NCBI GenBank assembly: GCA_044345775.1
Contig: JBIJAL010000001.1
Coordinates: 1 to 52,353 of the forward strand
DNA length: 52,353 nucleotides
Source of the DNA: Candidatus Planktophila sp.
GTDB taxonomy: Bacteria; Actinomycetota; Actinomycetes; Nanopelagicales; Nanopelagicaceae
Direction of reading: 5' to 3'
Shown: in pieces, positions 51,207 to 52,353 of the stretch
How the letters are laid out: each line of letters starts with the position of its first letter
Position numbering within the stretch: the stretch's first letter is position 1
Made by a program: the position numbers and the translations under genes
The notes under the pieces: model-generated
What the model was told of the DNA's origin: nothing
The model's database searches: none
Seen by the model: the letters and a program-made list of their open reading frames with translations, nothing else

Positions 51207-52353
51207 TCATCCTTGTGCTTTTCCTGCATTCGACTCGTCAACGTAAATTGACTGAGCCAAAATCTGTGTCTTACCTGCATTCAAAATAAGTCGGGTTGTG
51301 ACCGACTTAGGTGTACCTGTGAGGTCATATCCGCGGGTGCCCACGGGAGCGACATACCCTAAAGGTAGGGTTGAGAGTACGGAAATTCTAACGGTTACAA
51401 GGTACTGCCCGTTGGACAAACGCTCAAAATCAGCGGTCGTGGCGCCGGTTTCTAGACTGGCCCAGAAGCCATCGCGGCCGTGTGAGAGGCCATCGAGCTT
51501 GTAACTAGTGCCATTTCCATCCACCGTGATGGTCTGCAAGATCATCACATTTGGACCACCCGCGGCGGTAATCGCCTGGGTGCTCAATACTGTTCCGGCT
51601 TCAGTAGCAAGAGGAACGTTCTTATTTACGCGGATCTTGCCTATCTCACCTGTGCGCCCTGAAACGCTGAGGGCAACTGGCAAGCCTTCTGCATCAAGGC
51701 CAGCCCAAGCAAGCTTGGCTCCCTTGATTGAAAGACCAGAGACCATGGTGCTGGACTTCTTGGCTGGGTATGAAATAGAAGGTGAAGGGGTAGCAGATGT
51801 TGCCGCTGCTGATGGCTCAGCAACAACTTCAACCGGTGCATCTTGTCCGGCAACTGGACCTGAAAGAATAGAAGCGGTTGGAGCAACAACGCCCTCATTG
51901 CCGGTCATTGAGTTAAATCCTAGGAATGCTGCAAAGACCAAGACCAATGAAAGGGCGGCCTTTGAAGACTTCTGTGCAAGCTCTGCCGCCTTCTTATAAG
52001 TAGTAGACAACATATCGAGAGCGGTAAGACCGCGCTCTTCATCGATAACAAGTTCAGAAAGTACGCGACGCAGAGATGTGCGAGCGCGAGAAACAGTGTG
52101 GCGCACTGCAGATTCCTTGATACCAAGCTCTGCTGCGATCTCTGACGTTGAACGACCTTCCATCTCCCACATAACAAGAGCTGCGCGTTCAGCAGGTGAA
52201 AGTAGAGCAAGTGCTTGACGAATAATTGCGGCATCTTCTGCAGCTGAAATAGCTTGTGAGTGATCTCCTGAAACCTGCCATGCAGCTTCGACCTCAGCCT
52301 GGGCATCATCGATTACAACAAGGTTGGGACGACGACCTTCTAGGCGGAATAGA
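51207..52353 (-). CDS. ECF sigma-70 factor fused to a TM helix and extracytoplasmic domain (5' end outside window)
   Basis: Frame open to the window edge: ...IRQALALLSPAERAALVMWEMEGRSTSEIAAELGIKESAVRHTVSRARTSLRR (sigma region 4), then AALSLVLVFAAFLGF, a Pro/Ser/Ala linker and a beta-rich domain. Confidence 0.85.
   Translation of the reverse strand, partial: LFRLEGRRPNLVVIDDAQAEVEAAWQVSGDHSQAISAAEDAAIIRQALALLSPAERAALVMWEMEGRSTSEIAAELGIKESAVRHTVSRARTSLRRVLSELVIDEERGLTALDMLSTTYKKAAELAQKSSKAALSLVLVFAAFLGFNSMTGNEGVVAPTASILSGPVAGQDAPVEVVAEPSAAATSATPSPSISYPAKKSSTMVSGLSIKGAKLAWAGLDAEGLPVALSVSGRTGEIGKIRVNKNVPLATEAGTVLSTQAITAAGGPNVMILQTITVDGNGTSYKLDGLSHGRDGFWASLETGATTADFERLSNGQYLVTVRISVLSTLPLGYVAPVGTRGYDLTGTPKSVTTRLILNAGKTQILAQSIYVDESNAGKAQG

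Overview
A 52 kb gene-dense chromosomal segment of a streamlined actinobacterium. Moderate GC, very short intergenic spaces and actinobacterial synteny point to a freshwater acI / Nanopelagicales, Ca. Planktophila-like organism (lineage is inference). From 1 to 6.3 kb is a maltose/maltodextrin locus: partial GH13 glucosidase, secreted alpha-amylase and malGFE. From 6.5 to 45.3 kb is mostly core genome: citA, pdxH, serC, csp, groEL with CIRCE, ndh, carbonic anhydrase, tRNA-Thr(TGT), ppx/mutT1/ppk1, rlmB-cysS-ispDF-carD, senX3-regX3/phoU, gpmA, mshA, ygfZ, fur, glnR and mshD. Most promoters in this part appear leaderless. From 45.3 to 52.4 kb is a cell-surface locus and the most interesting region. 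It starts with an ECF sigma factor fused to a transmembrane helix and an extracytoplasmic domain. Its stop overlaps an in-frame, four-hairpin leader in front of a large Ig-like S-layer-type protein with an Ala/Asp coiled-coil tail. An O-antigen-ligase/oligosaccharyltransferase-like gene and nucleotide-sugar enzymes follow. Other notable items are a CarD with an in-frame ~21-aa deletion in its RNAP-binding domain, a single-domain MshD, a non-lipidated MalE, a one-Cys leader peptide with an attenuator-like hairpin, an unannotated 44-aa membrane protein, PHO-box-like repeats and a synonymous-variant duplication of a gene end. No CRISPR array, transposase or integrase was seen.
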